Assembly (NCBI GenBank): GCA_005223095.1
Contig: NJBQ01000003.1
Coordinates: 1 to 63,376 of the forward strand
DNA length: 63,376 nucleotides
Direction of reading: 5' to 3'
Source: Candidatus Aerophobetes bacterium Ae_b3a
GTDB lineage: Bacteria; Aerophobota; Aerophobia; Aerophobales; AE-B3A
The notes under the pieces are model-generated. The model was not told the origin of the DNA and searched no databases. It saw nothing but the letters and a program-made list of their open reading frames with translations. Below, piece by piece: positions 28,013-36,967 of the stretch. The first letter of the stretch is position 1. Every line of letters starts with the position of its first letter. The translations under genes and the position numbers were made by a program.

Positions 28013-28432
28013 CTAGGACAATTCTTTTCCCGTAGTGGTCATAGTTAGCCTCCCATGCTTTACCCCACGCGTGCTTATTAATTTGTCGGCAATAAATTTA
28101 ATTTTATCTGCCCTTCCCTTAACTATTAGAACCTCGAGGCAATTGACTTCATCCAGATGTACGTGCATAGTAGAGATTGCCAGGTTGAGAAATTGGTGCT
28201 GGAGATCAGTTAGAGTATCTGAGAGTCCCCGTGTGTGATGGTTATAAACAATGGTGATTGTCCCTACCATCTCTTTCTTCTCTGTCCTCCACTCTTCTTC
28301 CACTAGATGTTCTCTGACGAGGTCTCTAAAGGCCTCAGACCTATTAGTGTATCCTTTCCTGGAGATCAATTCATCAAAGCTGGTTAGAAGATTTTTCTCC
28401 ATGGAGACCCCAAATCTCATTATTTCTTCCAT
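28013..28432 (-). CDS. nikR: nickel-responsive transcriptional regulator NikR
   Basis: Ribbon-helix-helix N-terminus (IMRFGVSMEKNLLTSFD) and a C-terminal ACT-like domain with His-rich metal sites (HHTR..H..MHVHLD). Start placed at the Met at 28432, preceded by GGGGGTGAG. Confidence 0.85.
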   Translation of the reverse strand: MEEIMRFGVSMEKNLLTSFDELISRKGYTNRSEAFRDLVREHLVEEEWRTEKKEMVGTITIVYNHHTRGLSDTLTDLQHQFLNLAISTMHVHLDEVNCLEVLIVKGRADKIKFIADKLISTRGVKHGRLTMTTTGKELS

Positions 28433-28568
28433 TAGACTCACCCCCATTCTGCGGCATCTTTTAATTATATCTGGACGTATCACTATTATAAGAATAGTAA
28501 CACATGGCAAGAAAAAGTCAAATATTTCTGGAAATTGTCCTTCAGTATTTCCTTTATCACATCGCTGC

Positions 28569-28759
28569 CGAAGGACATTTTCTGAAGAAGCCTTATAGGA
28601 GCAACCTTAACGAAGCTTCGAGTTGAGGAAAAAGAAAAATATACTGTTTGAGGAGCAAGGCGAGGAGTTTATATTTTTCCCGAAACGAGAAGCTGAGCAG
28701 AAATAATAAAAGGCTACTATACAGCGACGGAAGAAATTGTCCTGAGGCTCTTGTTGACA
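28569..28759 (+). repeat. R2 MITE-like repeat, copy b
   Basis: Aligns with 52512-52704 with few mismatches. Imperfect terminal inverted repeats (CCGAAGGACATTTTCTG / AAGAAATTGTCCTGAGG). Ends in TTGACA (28754-28759). Confidence 0.55.
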
Positions 28760-28788
28760 TTTGCCTGCAAGGACATATTATGCTTAAT

Positions 28789-29709
28789 ATGAGAATAAAG
28801 GAATTGACTGAAAAGGCCTCTTTTCTTAATGCAGATGATTTTTCTGCTCTTATTGGGGAAGTTAATGTAATTTTGGAAAAAGAGAGAGAAGAGGGAAAAA
28901 CTGGTGAGCAGGTAATCAGAGGTGGTTTGGTCTATCTTCCCCTGAAAGGTAAAGCTTTACTGGTAGGAGACTTGCACGGAGACATGAAAAGCCTAACTTA
29001 CATTCTTGCCAGGAGTGGTTATATGGAAGAAAAGAATGAAAATTCGCCTTATCTAGTTTTTCTGGGAGATTATGGAGATAGAGGGGAGGAATCCATCGAA
29101 GTCTACTGCCTTATTCTGAAGCTTAAAAACCTCTTTAGGAAGAAAATTATTCTGTTGAGAGGTAATCATGAGGGGCCTAGAGATCTAAAGGTTCATCCTC
29201 ATGATCTTCCTTTTTTTTTGGTAAGAAAATACGGAGATAAAGGAAAAGAAATTTATGCCCGTCTGCAAGAGCTTTTTGATAGACTGCATCACAGCGTAAT
29301 TGTGGAGGGAAAATATCTAATGCTGCACGGCGGCTTACCTCAGGGCATTAATTCAGTAGATGAACTAGCCTATGCTCATCAGACCCATCCCAGGACAGAC
29401 TATTTGAAAGAGATATTGTGGAACGATCCGGGAGAGAGGAAGGAGGATTATCCTTCTCCCAGGGGTGCAGGCAGAATCTTTGGAGAGAAGCTGACTATGG
29501 ACATACTTACTAAACTAGGAGTGAGGACCCTCATTAGAAGTCATCAGCCCTGTGAAGGGGTTTCTGTGGGACAGGCAGGTAGAATACTCACTCTATTTTC
29601 CCGAAAGGGACCTCCTTATTACAATTCTCAGGCAGCCTATTTAGAAATAGCTTTATCTAAAGGGGTAAAAAGTGGCTATGAATTGGCAAAAGAAGCCCAT
29701 TTTTTTTAA
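28789..29709 (+). CDS. PPP-family metallophosphoesterase (Ser/Thr phosphatase-like)
   Basis: GDLHGD, GDYGDRG and RGNHE motifs. The N-terminal 47 codons of the tracked ORF lie inside repeat R2 and were removed. The start could be 28780 or 28789. Confidence 0.75.
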   Translation: MRIKELTEKASFLNADDFSALIGEVNVILEKEREEGKTGEQVIRGGLVYLPLKGKALLVGDLHGDMKSLTYILARSGYMEEKNENSPYLVFLGDYGDRGEESIEVYCLILKLKNLFRKKIILLRGNHEGPRDLKVHPHDLPFFLVRKYGDKGKEIYARLQELFDRLHHSVIVEGKYLMLHGGLPQGINSVDELAYAHQTHPRTDYLKEILWNDPGERKEDYPSPRGAGRIFGEKLTMDILTKLGVRTLIRSHQPCEGVSVGQAGRILTLFSRKGPPYYNSQAAYLEIALSKGVKSGYELAKEAHFF

Positions 29710-29830
29710 AGAAAAAATGGGTAATAATTGACGGTTTCTTATATTTAGATAGAATGAGAAAAGATAGAGAAAGGTTCTGGTGATAGCTAGAAAACTCAGA
29801 ATACAGAAGATATAAGGAGGAGGTAGCAGG

Positions 29831-30463
29831 ATGAAAAAATTAGTAGGAGTAGCAGTGGTAGTGATATTGGCTTTGGCTTTGGTGGTATCGGCTTATGCCG
29901 ATGAAGTCTTAGAGGAGATAGATTATGCCAGGGAAGCATACGAGGATGGAAGTTATTCGGAAGCAATAGAAAGTCTTAACTTTGTTATTGCTCAGATTCG
30001 ATCGCTGCAGGTAGATGAATTGAGGAAAGCTCTTCCTGAACCCTTATCTGGCTGGACAATGGAGGAGCAAGAGAGCGATGCAATGGGCTACGGCCTTTTT
30101 GGATTGGGCTCAGGCGCTGGTGTAACTAGAAGATACTATGAAGAAGACACAGGTGCGACTATAGAAATCACTATAGGAGCTCAATCCATAATGTTGCAAC
30201 AAATAACGATGTTCTTAAAGAATCCAGCTCTGGCAGCTGCTCAGCCCAACACCAAATTAGAAAAAAAGAGAATTAAGGGAATTGCGGGAAGAACAACAAT
30301 CATCGAGGAGTTTTCCTCTGAGGACGAGAGCGGAAAATTATCTCTCACTCCTGATGACAAAACATTGGTCATAATAGAGGGTTGGAGTATATCAGATAAA
30401 GAGATTCTCTATGAATACCTGGACGGCATAGATTTTGATTTGGTATCACAAATCTTAGAATAG
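29831..30463 (+). CDS. secreted hypothetical protein
   Basis: Strong RBS (AAGGAGGAGG) and a signal peptide. No recognisable domain. Confidence 0.5.
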   Translation: MKKLVGVAVVVILALALVVSAYADEVLEEIDYAREAYEDGSYSEAIESLNFVIAQIRSLQVDELRKALPEPLSGWTMEEQESDAMGYGLFGLGSGAGVTRRYYEEDTGATIEITIGAQSIMLQQITMFLKNPALAAAQPNTKLEKKRIKGIAGRTTIIEEFSSEDESGKLSLTPDDKTLVIIEGWSISDKEILYEYLDGIDFDLVSQILE

Positions 30464-30496
30464 TCTTACAGGCATAAGGTGAGCAAGAAATGCGTG

Positions 30497-30964
30497 CTAG
30501 CAAGCTCTTTTTTTGAGGCGTTCCTGGTGGCGTTTCTTGCCTGCCTGAAACCGGTTGTATTCTCCTTCTCCTTGAAGCTCAAGTTGTGGAACAGGAGAAG
30601 GTTTGCCTGCTGAATCGAGAGCCACCAGAGTGAAATAGGCGTGGCATGCCTCTACCTGCTTACCGCTCAGTGTATCTTCAGCAGAGACATTCAGTTCAAT
30701 TTCCATGGAGCTATGGGCAACATAATTAATATGAGCTTCTATCTCTACGATATATCCCTCGCCTATGGGAGCAAGGAAATCTAATCTATCCATACTGGCA
30801 GTGACACAGTTTTTTCGGGCATGTCTGGTGGCGCAAAGAAAGGCTGCTTTGTCCATAAGCGAAACCAGCCGTCCGCCAAATAGGCTTCCGTAGGGATTGG
30901 TGTCTTCTGGAAAGACAATCTCAGTAAGTCTTACCCTTGATTCGGATACTTTTTTTTTATGCAT
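30497..30964 (-). CDS. acyl-CoA thioesterase (hotdog fold, YciA/BFIT-like)
   Basis: VFPEDTNPYGSLFGGRLVSLMD motif. 155 aa. Confidence 0.8.
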   Translation of the reverse strand: MHKKKVSESRVRLTEIVFPEDTNPYGSLFGGRLVSLMDKAAFLCATRHARKNCVTASMDRLDFLAPIGEGYIVEIEAHINYVAHSSMEIELNVSAEDTLSGKQVEACHAYFTLVALDSAGKPSPVPQLELQGEGEYNRFQAGKKRHQERLKKRAC

Positions 30965-30970
30965 GGATGA

Positions 30971-33331
30971 CTATGTCAATTTCTTCACTGCCTCTATAAT
31001 CTCTTCCTCACCAGGCAAAAATGCTTTCTCTAGCACAGGAGCTGCTGGAGGAGGAACATCAGGAGCAGCTACCCTAAGTACAGGGCTATCCAGATAGTCA
31101 AAGGCTTTTTCTTGTAATTGAGCGGCTACTTCTGCTCCAAAGCCCATAAAACGGACAGCCTGGTGGACTATTACCACTTTTCCTGTTTTTTGCACAGACT
31201 TGACCAGGGTCTCAATGTCAAGGGGATAGAGAGTGCGAAGGTCAATTACTTCGGTTTCGATGCCTTCCTTACTTAGTTGTTCAGCTGCCTGTAGAGCCAG
31301 GGAGACCATATAGGACCAGGAAATTACCGTTACGCCATTTTTAGATTCGTCCAATTGGCGCCTGATTTTTGCCTTCCCTAAAGGAACTACATATTCTTCT
31401 TTGGGCACCACACTTTTGCCAAAAGGATGTCTGTAAAGGTTCTGATGTTCAATGACTATCACCGGATTGTCATCTCTAATGGCTGCTTTGAGCATTCCTT
31501 TTGCATCATAGGCATGGGAAGGAAGAGCAATTTTTAATCCGGGAAAATGTGCTAATATCGCCTCCAGACTTTGAGCATGTTGCCCGGCATATCCTTTTCC
31601 ACCGCCGATAGTTGTTCTTATTGTTAAGGGTATAGTTGGTTGACCGCCGGACATGTATTTCCATTTTGCTGCCTGATTTGCCAATTGGTCCATAGCCTGC
31701 AAGATGAAATCAATGTACATAATTTCTACTACCGGTCTCATTCCCCTTAAAGCTGCTCCCATGCCAGCACCAATAATAGCTGATTCGGAAATAGCGGTAT
31801 TAAAAACCCGCTCCCTTCCCATTATTTCCATCAATCCTCTGGTGGCATTAAAAGCTCCCCCATAATCAGCGATGTCTTCTCCCCACAGAAGAACTCTTTT
31901 GTCCCGTCTCATTTCCTCAAATAGTGCCTCATTGATCGCTTCTCTACAGGTAATTTCCATATCAGGGTCTCGCTGCAAGAACTCTGGTTTTTTAAGAATG
32001 GGAGCATTTCTAAATTGAGGAGGAACCTCATTTGAGTTGGTATTACTAAATAGACCAAAGTAGATATTTTTTGGGTCAGGACTGGGAGAGTCCATTGCCT
32101 TTAAAGCCATATCTTCATTTCTCTGTCTGGCCTTCTTCTTTAGATGGGTAAGGTCTTTTTCACTGATAACTGCTTCTTTTATTAGTTTATGCGAAAAAGT
32201 TCGCACAGGGTCTATTTCTTGCCAGGCCTCTAACTCTTTCATAGTGCGATAGGTTTCATCTTCCTTTTTATCCAGTCGGTCGCTCAATGAATGTCCCTTA
32301 TAGCGAGAGCACCAAAATTCCAAAAGCATAGGTCCCTTACCATCTCTTGCCCGTTTTACAGCTTTTCTAGTTGCATCCATAACAGCTAATACATCCATAC
32401 CATTAACGATTTGAGCATGCATTCCTTCTTTATCATAACCGAATCCTCTTTCAGCCAGAAAATCTATTCCTGTTACTTCACCTCGTTGCTGCCCTGTCAT
32501 TCCGTACTGGTTGTTAATAATGGCAAAGATAGCAGGAACCCCGAATTCTTTGCTCATCAAACCATTGGTGAATTGAGCCATAGTAGCCATATTCATCGCC
32601 TCGTGAGCAATGCCATTATTGAAAGCACCATCTCCAGCTAAGCATATTACTACTTTCTTATCCTGAAGGTTTCTTGAAGCGATAGCAGCTCCCACAGCCA
32701 TAGCCAGACTTCCTCCCACAATAGCATTTGCACCCAGATGACCCTTACTAAAGTCAGCTATGTGCATTCCCCCGCCTCTTCCTTTGCAGCAGCCTTCCTC
32801 TTTGCCAAATAATTCAGCTATGATTCTGTAAAGATATATTCTTAGCGCCCCTTCTAATAATTCCTCATGGTTTTTATTATTTACAGAGATTTCCAAATAA
32901 CGGCTGATTTTCTCTTTGCTTTTAATGAGTTTAGCTAAGTCAGTATCTCTCATTTCTTTGAGAGCGAAATAACCTTTAGCCAGACCGTCTCCATGTCCTC
33001 GATGGCTACTGGTAATATAATCACTTACTGAAATGGCAGCCATAGCACCAGTAGGAATAGCCTCCTGACCGATAGAGATATGTGAGGCTCCACTGTATAG
33101 ATATTTAACGGGTCCATATCTACCTTTATTCTCATTAAGTTCCCGGATCATTTCCTCTAAATTTCTAATCAATAGCATACATTTAAGAAAGTCCAGACAC
33201 ATCTCTTTAGTGAGATTTCCCTCCTTTAATTCTTGCTTTAAGGTTTTTTGATATTGAAATTTAGGAATTTTACCTCCTACTTCAACGAATCCTGGCCTAA
33301 AATCTGGTGCAATTGTTATTTCTTTAACCAT
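30971..33331 (-). CDS. fused alpha-beta E1 component of a TPP-dependent 2-oxoacid (pyruvate/acetoin/branched-chain) dehydrogenase
   Basis: N-terminal half carries the E1-alpha TPP motif (GDGAFNNG...N). C-terminal half is E1-beta / transketolase-like. A single 786-aa ORF. Confidence 0.85.
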   Translation of the reverse strand: MVKEITIAPDFRPGFVEVGGKIPKFQYQKTLKQELKEGNLTKEMCLDFLKCMLLIRNLEEMIRELNENKGRYGPVKYLYSGASHISIGQEAIPTGAMAAISVSDYITSSHRGHGDGLAKGYFALKEMRDTDLAKLIKSKEKISRYLEISVNNKNHEELLEGALRIYLYRIIAELFGKEEGCCKGRGGGMHIADFSKGHLGANAIVGGSLAMAVGAAIASRNLQDKKVVICLAGDGAFNNGIAHEAMNMATMAQFTNGLMSKEFGVPAIFAIINNQYGMTGQQRGEVTGIDFLAERGFGYDKEGMHAQIVNGMDVLAVMDATRKAVKRARDGKGPMLLEFWCSRYKGHSLSDRLDKKEDETYRTMKELEAWQEIDPVRTFSHKLIKEAVISEKDLTHLKKKARQRNEDMALKAMDSPSPDPKNIYFGLFSNTNSNEVPPQFRNAPILKKPEFLQRDPDMEITCREAINEALFEEMRRDKRVLLWGEDIADYGGAFNATRGLMEIMGRERVFNTAISESAIIGAGMGAALRGMRPVVEIMYIDFILQAMDQLANQAAKWKYMSGGQPTIPLTIRTTIGGGKGYAGQHAQSLEAILAHFPGLKIALPSHAYDAKGMLKAAIRDDNPVIVIEHQNLYRHPFGKSVVPKEEYVVPLGKAKIRRQLDESKNGVTVISWSYMVSLALQAAEQLSKEGIETEVIDLRTLYPLDIETLVKSVQKTGKVVIVHQAVRFMGFGAEVAAQLQEKAFDYLDSPVLRVAAPDVPPPAAPVLEKAFLPGEEEIIEAVKKLT

Positions 33332-33365
33332 TCAGATGCCCATTCCTTTTCCTCTTTGTCCTGTT

Positions 33366-33743
33366 TTATGTTTTTCTGCTTCTAAAACTTATTTCACCAG
33401 CATATGCCTTTGGGTCATCTACTTTAATCTTCAGATTAGCAAATCCTTTTTTACCAGAAAAGTCTATTTCCTTGCTAGCTGAGCTTATTTCTCTAAGGAG
33501 AACTTTTAGTAATAGAACCTTACCTATAACCCCCTTTACCCTAACCTCATCAACTGCTTTCAAGGGAAACTCAAATACGGTTACTGTTTTACCTTCCACC
33601 TCCTTTTCCAGAGCCAGTCTCTGAGTGGTTAAAAAAATATTTCCTTCTCCTTGTAAAGATTCTTCGGAATGCTCTTCCCACTTAAACTCCTGGATTATAA
33701 CCTTATCCTCTTTTCTTTTTCCCTCTCCTGATTTTAAAATCAT
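33366..33743 (-). CDS. hypothetical small protein (possibly PH/GRAM-like)
   Basis: 125-aa ORF 35 nt upstream of the E1 gene on the same strand. No motif recognised. Confidence 0.4.
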   Translation of the reverse strand: MILKSGEGKRKEDKVIIQEFKWEEHSEESLQGEGNIFLTTQRLALEKEVEGKTVTVFEFPLKAVDEVRVKGVIGKVLLLKVLLREISSASKEIDFSGKKGFANLKIKVDDPKAYAGEISFRSRKT

Positions 33744-34020
33744 TTCTCACTCCTTTTTCTCCTATTGTCTTATTTTCCAATATTTATGGCTAGTTGATTC
33801 GTTAACTAAGCAGAGATGCAATTAAGGCATACTATATTCTAGCAGAAAATAGAATGATTATCAAGTGGTAAGTGATAAGTAATAGAATTGAGACTTTTCA
33901 AGCAGGAAATTTGTGATATAATAGCAGCGAGAAAGAGAGTCGGATAATTGTAGTACTTAGCATATAGCAGGTAGCCTATAAAAAAATCATCCTAACAGAA
34001 ATCTCTATATCAAAAAAATA

Positions 34021-35355
34021 ATGGAAGAGAATTTATTTTATCAGAAGAAAATAGATAAAGCAAAGAAGCAGGCTCCTCTGGCTGATCGAATTCGACCACA
34101 AACATTGGATGAGTTTGTAGGGCAGGAGCATATCATAGGAAAGGGTAAAATATTACGAAAGATGCTAGAGGAGGATAAACTTGTTTCTATGATTTTCTGG
34201 GGACCTCCTGGCTCAGGAAAGACAACTTTGGCTCGCATCGTTGCTCGTCTTGTCCGTTCATACTTTGTTCAGTTCTCTGCTGTTACCTCTGGGGTAGCCG
34301 AGGTCAGGAAAGTAGTAAAAGAAGCAAGAGTGAGGCTAAAAGTCTATAATCAGAAGACTATTCTTTTCATTGATGAAATCCACCGGTTTAACAAAGCCCA
34401 ACAGGATGCTTTTCTGCCTCATGTTGAGGACGGGACTATTCTTTTGATTGGTGCTACCACTGAGAATCCTTCTTTTGAAGTTATCGGGCCACTTCTTTCG
34501 CGAGTAAAAATTTTTGTTTTAAAAAGGTTAACTTCCGACGAAATCAAGAAGCTTTTGGCTCGGGCAATAAATAATAAAGAAAGGGGATTGGGCCGATATA
34601 AGGTAGAGCTCGACTCGGAAGCCTTGCATTTGATTATTGATAGTTCCAATGGGGATGCCAGGGTAGTTTTAAATGCTCTAGAGATAGCTGCTGAAACCAG
34701 TAAGTCAGATGACAAAGGCATACGTCATATTGATATTAAAACGGCCAGGGAAGTTCTGCAAAGCAGAGCCCTTTTGTACGATAAAGCCGGCGAGGAACAC
34801 TATAATGTTATTTCTGCCTTTATTAAGTCTATGCGGGGGTCTGACCCAGATGCAGCTCTGTACTGGCTTGCCCGGATGATTGAAGCCGGTGAAGATCCCC
34901 GTTTCATTGCCAGAAGAATGGTTATTTTTGCCTCAGAGGATGTGGGAAATGCTGATCCCCAGGCTTTATCAATAGCTACCGCTGCTGCCCAGGCAGTAGA
35001 GTTTGTAGGTCTACCCGAGGCTCAAATTAATCTGGCTCAAGCAGCTACTTACCTTGCCTCTGCTCCTAAATCTAACGCTTCTTATGCAGGTCTTCTAATG
35101 GCCAAAGAAGACGTAAAAAAGACATTAAATCTACCGGTACCTTTGCATCTTCGGAATCCAGTTACTCCTTTAATGAAAGAACTGGGTTATGGCAAGGACT
35201 ACAAGTATCCTCATAGCTTTCCTCAGGCTAAAGTAGAACAGACGTTTTTACCGGAAGAATTAGAGAATAGGAAATATTATAGGCCTACCCAGAGGGGCTT
35301 TGAAAAAACAATATTAAAGAGATTGGAGCTAGATGATGAAAAGAAAGGCAAATAA
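34021..35355 (+). CDS. rarA: replication-associated recombination protein A (AAA+ ATPase RarA/MgsA)
   Basis: Walker A GPPGSGKTT, Walker B FIDEIHRF, and a C-terminal MgsA domain (DPDAALYWLARM). Confidence 0.9.
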   Translation: MEENLFYQKKIDKAKKQAPLADRIRPQTLDEFVGQEHIIGKGKILRKMLEEDKLVSMIFWGPPGSGKTTLARIVARLVRSYFVQFSAVTSGVAEVRKVVKEARVRLKVYNQKTILFIDEIHRFNKAQQDAFLPHVEDGTILLIGATTENPSFEVIGPLLSRVKIFVLKRLTSDEIKKLLARAINNKERGLGRYKVELDSEALHLIIDSSNGDARVVLNALEIAAETSKSDDKGIRHIDIKTAREVLQSRALLYDKAGEEHYNVISAFIKSMRGSDPDAALYWLARMIEAGEDPRFIARRMVIFASEDVGNADPQALSIATAAAQAVEFVGLPEAQINLAQAATYLASAPKSNASYAGLLMAKEDVKKTLNLPVPLHLRNPVTPLMKELGYGKDYKYPHSFPQAKVEQTFLPEELENRKYYRPTQRGFEKTILKRLELDDEKKGK

Positions 35356-35384
35356 AACCGAGCTTACCTTAATTAAAGAAATAT

Positions 35385-36008
35385 ATGGGAAACAGAACTA
35401 GTAAAGAGAATTTAGAGGAGGGGAAAATTACTGGTGCGGAGAATAAACCCAAGGCAAGCGTCTTCATTGATTATAGAAATTATCATTATTATTTAGAGAA
35501 GTATAAGTGGAATATTGACTGGGGAAAATTCAAGATGTTCTTGGGTTCAATGTATGATATTAACAGAATTTATTTTTATGAAGGAATTCCTTCTAAGATT
35601 GTATTCTTCGATTTATACCCAGCGTCTTCTTTAGAAGATTTCGTGAATATGAGACAACAGAAAAATCAAGAGTTTAAATCTTTGAAGGAAAAAGGATTTA
35701 CAATAAGAAAAAAGCTTGTCAACAGGATATATGATGCCAAAGAAAAAAAGTATAAGCATAAATGTAACTTTGATGTTGAGCTTACAACAGATGCTGTAGA
35801 CAATCTTGATGATTATGAGGTTTGTATATTATGCAGCGGGGATGGAGATTTTGTTAAGTTACTAAGATACCTAAAAGGAAAACATAAAAGGGTAATAGTC
35901 ATAGCAGGGAAGGATAGGTTGTCCAGTTTGCTTAAGAAAGCTGGACATCAGTTTATATATCTAAAGGACATGAAACCCCATATCATGAAGTCACAAGCTG
36001 GAAGTTAA
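35385..36008 (+). CDS. NYN (LabA-like) domain protein, putative RNase
   Basis: VFIDYRNY...DVELTTDAV...SGDGDF pattern of NYN/LabA domains. Confidence 0.7.
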   Translation: MGNRTSKENLEEGKITGAENKPKASVFIDYRNYHYYLEKYKWNIDWGKFKMFLGSMYDINRIYFYEGIPSKIVFFDLYPASSLEDFVNMRQQKNQEFKSLKEKGFTIRKKLVNRIYDAKEKKYKHKCNFDVELTTDAVDNLDDYEVCILCSGDGDFVKLLRYLKGKHKRVIVIAGKDRLSSLLKKAGHQFIYLKDMKPHIMKSQAGS

Positions 36009-36020
36009 TTCTCTAAAAAG

Positions 36021-36048
36021 AAAGCCCTGCCGTAGCAGGGCTTATTTC
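36021..36048 (+). terminator. rho-independent terminator candidate after the NYN gene
   Basis: AAAGCCCTGC-cgta-GCAGGGCTT followed by ATTT. Confidence 0.55.
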
Positions 36049-36296
36049 GCCTCAAACAAGTGAGGCTTTAGTATTTTCTTATCTCTATAACTATTAGGAG
36101 TTTACTACATTTCAGAATTTTGTCAAGTGCTTGTTTCTTGACTTTTTTTGGAGTATTCTTATTATCGGAATTTAATGCAGGAACTTGAATACCCGAGAGA
36201 GAAAGGAGAAAAAACAATACTAAGGAGATTGGAGCTAGATGATGAAAACAAAGGTAAATAAAACCGAGCTTACCTTCGAGGCATACTTAGAAAAAA

Positions 36297-36926
36297 ATGG
36301 CAAGAAAACTAGATAAAATATACATAGTAGATGTAGAAGCTACCTGTTGGGAGGAGAAACCACTTGATGGACAGATAAGTGAGATTATACAGGTAGGAAT
36401 AGTAGAGTTTAATTTAGCATCGGGAAGTATTTCTTCAAAGATTGGTCATAATATAAGACCTCAGTATTCGGAAGTGAGTGAGTTTTGCACTGAGTTAACA
36501 GGAATTACGCCAGAGGAACTTGAAGGAGAAAAGAATTTTTCTCAAGTTTATGATATGATAAAAGAAAGGTTTCCTCATCTTAAAAACTATACCTGGGCCA
36601 GTTATGGCGATTATGATAGGAAGCACTTTAAGGAGATGAGTGATTTGCACAAGAGAGCTTATCTTTTTGGAAGGACTCATATAAACATAAAGAACCTTTT
36701 TGCCTTAAAATGGGGGTTAAAAAAAGAGGTAGGTATGAGGAAAGCATTAAGGATTCTAAACAAAGAATTGGTAGGACAGCACCATAACGCTTTAGATGAT
36801 GCTTTGAATATAACAGCCATTTTTAAAGCGTGCTTTATGAATAAAACGGTGGGGAAGAATGGCACAATAGATGATTTAGAGAAATTGGCTCAACTCAAAG
36901 ACAAGGGAATCATTTCCGAAGAATAA
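36297..36926 (+). CDS. DEDDh 3'-5' exonuclease (KapD/ERI-like) with a truncated SHOCT-like tail
   Basis: Exo motifs [11 protein letters not shown] and HHNALDDA. The C-terminus [16 protein letters not shown] resembles a SHOCT domain cut short by the stop codon. Confidence 0.7.
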   Translation: MARKLDKIYIVDVEATCWEEKPLDGQISEIIQVGIVEFNLASGSISSKIGHNIRPQYSEVSEFCTELTGITPEELEGEKNFSQVYDMIKERFPHLKNYTWASYGDYDRKHFKEMSDLHKRAYLFGRTHINIKNLFALKWGLKKEVGMRKALRILNKELVGQHHNALDDALNITAIFKACFMNKTVGKNGTIDDLEKLAQLKDKGIISEE

Positions 36927-36967
36927 TTCAAGGCGTTTCAATTAGAAGAAGTTTGTCAATAGGATAT

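Noticed and set aside
28648-28788. N-terminal extensions of the phosphatase (28648) and ROK (52715) ORFs, plus ORF 21047..21256.
   Set aside because: The phosphatase extension and most of ORF 21047..21256 fall inside the non-coding R2 repeat copies, which occur in both orientations. The ROK extension lies in the promoter region just downstream of R2. None has the character of real coding sequence.
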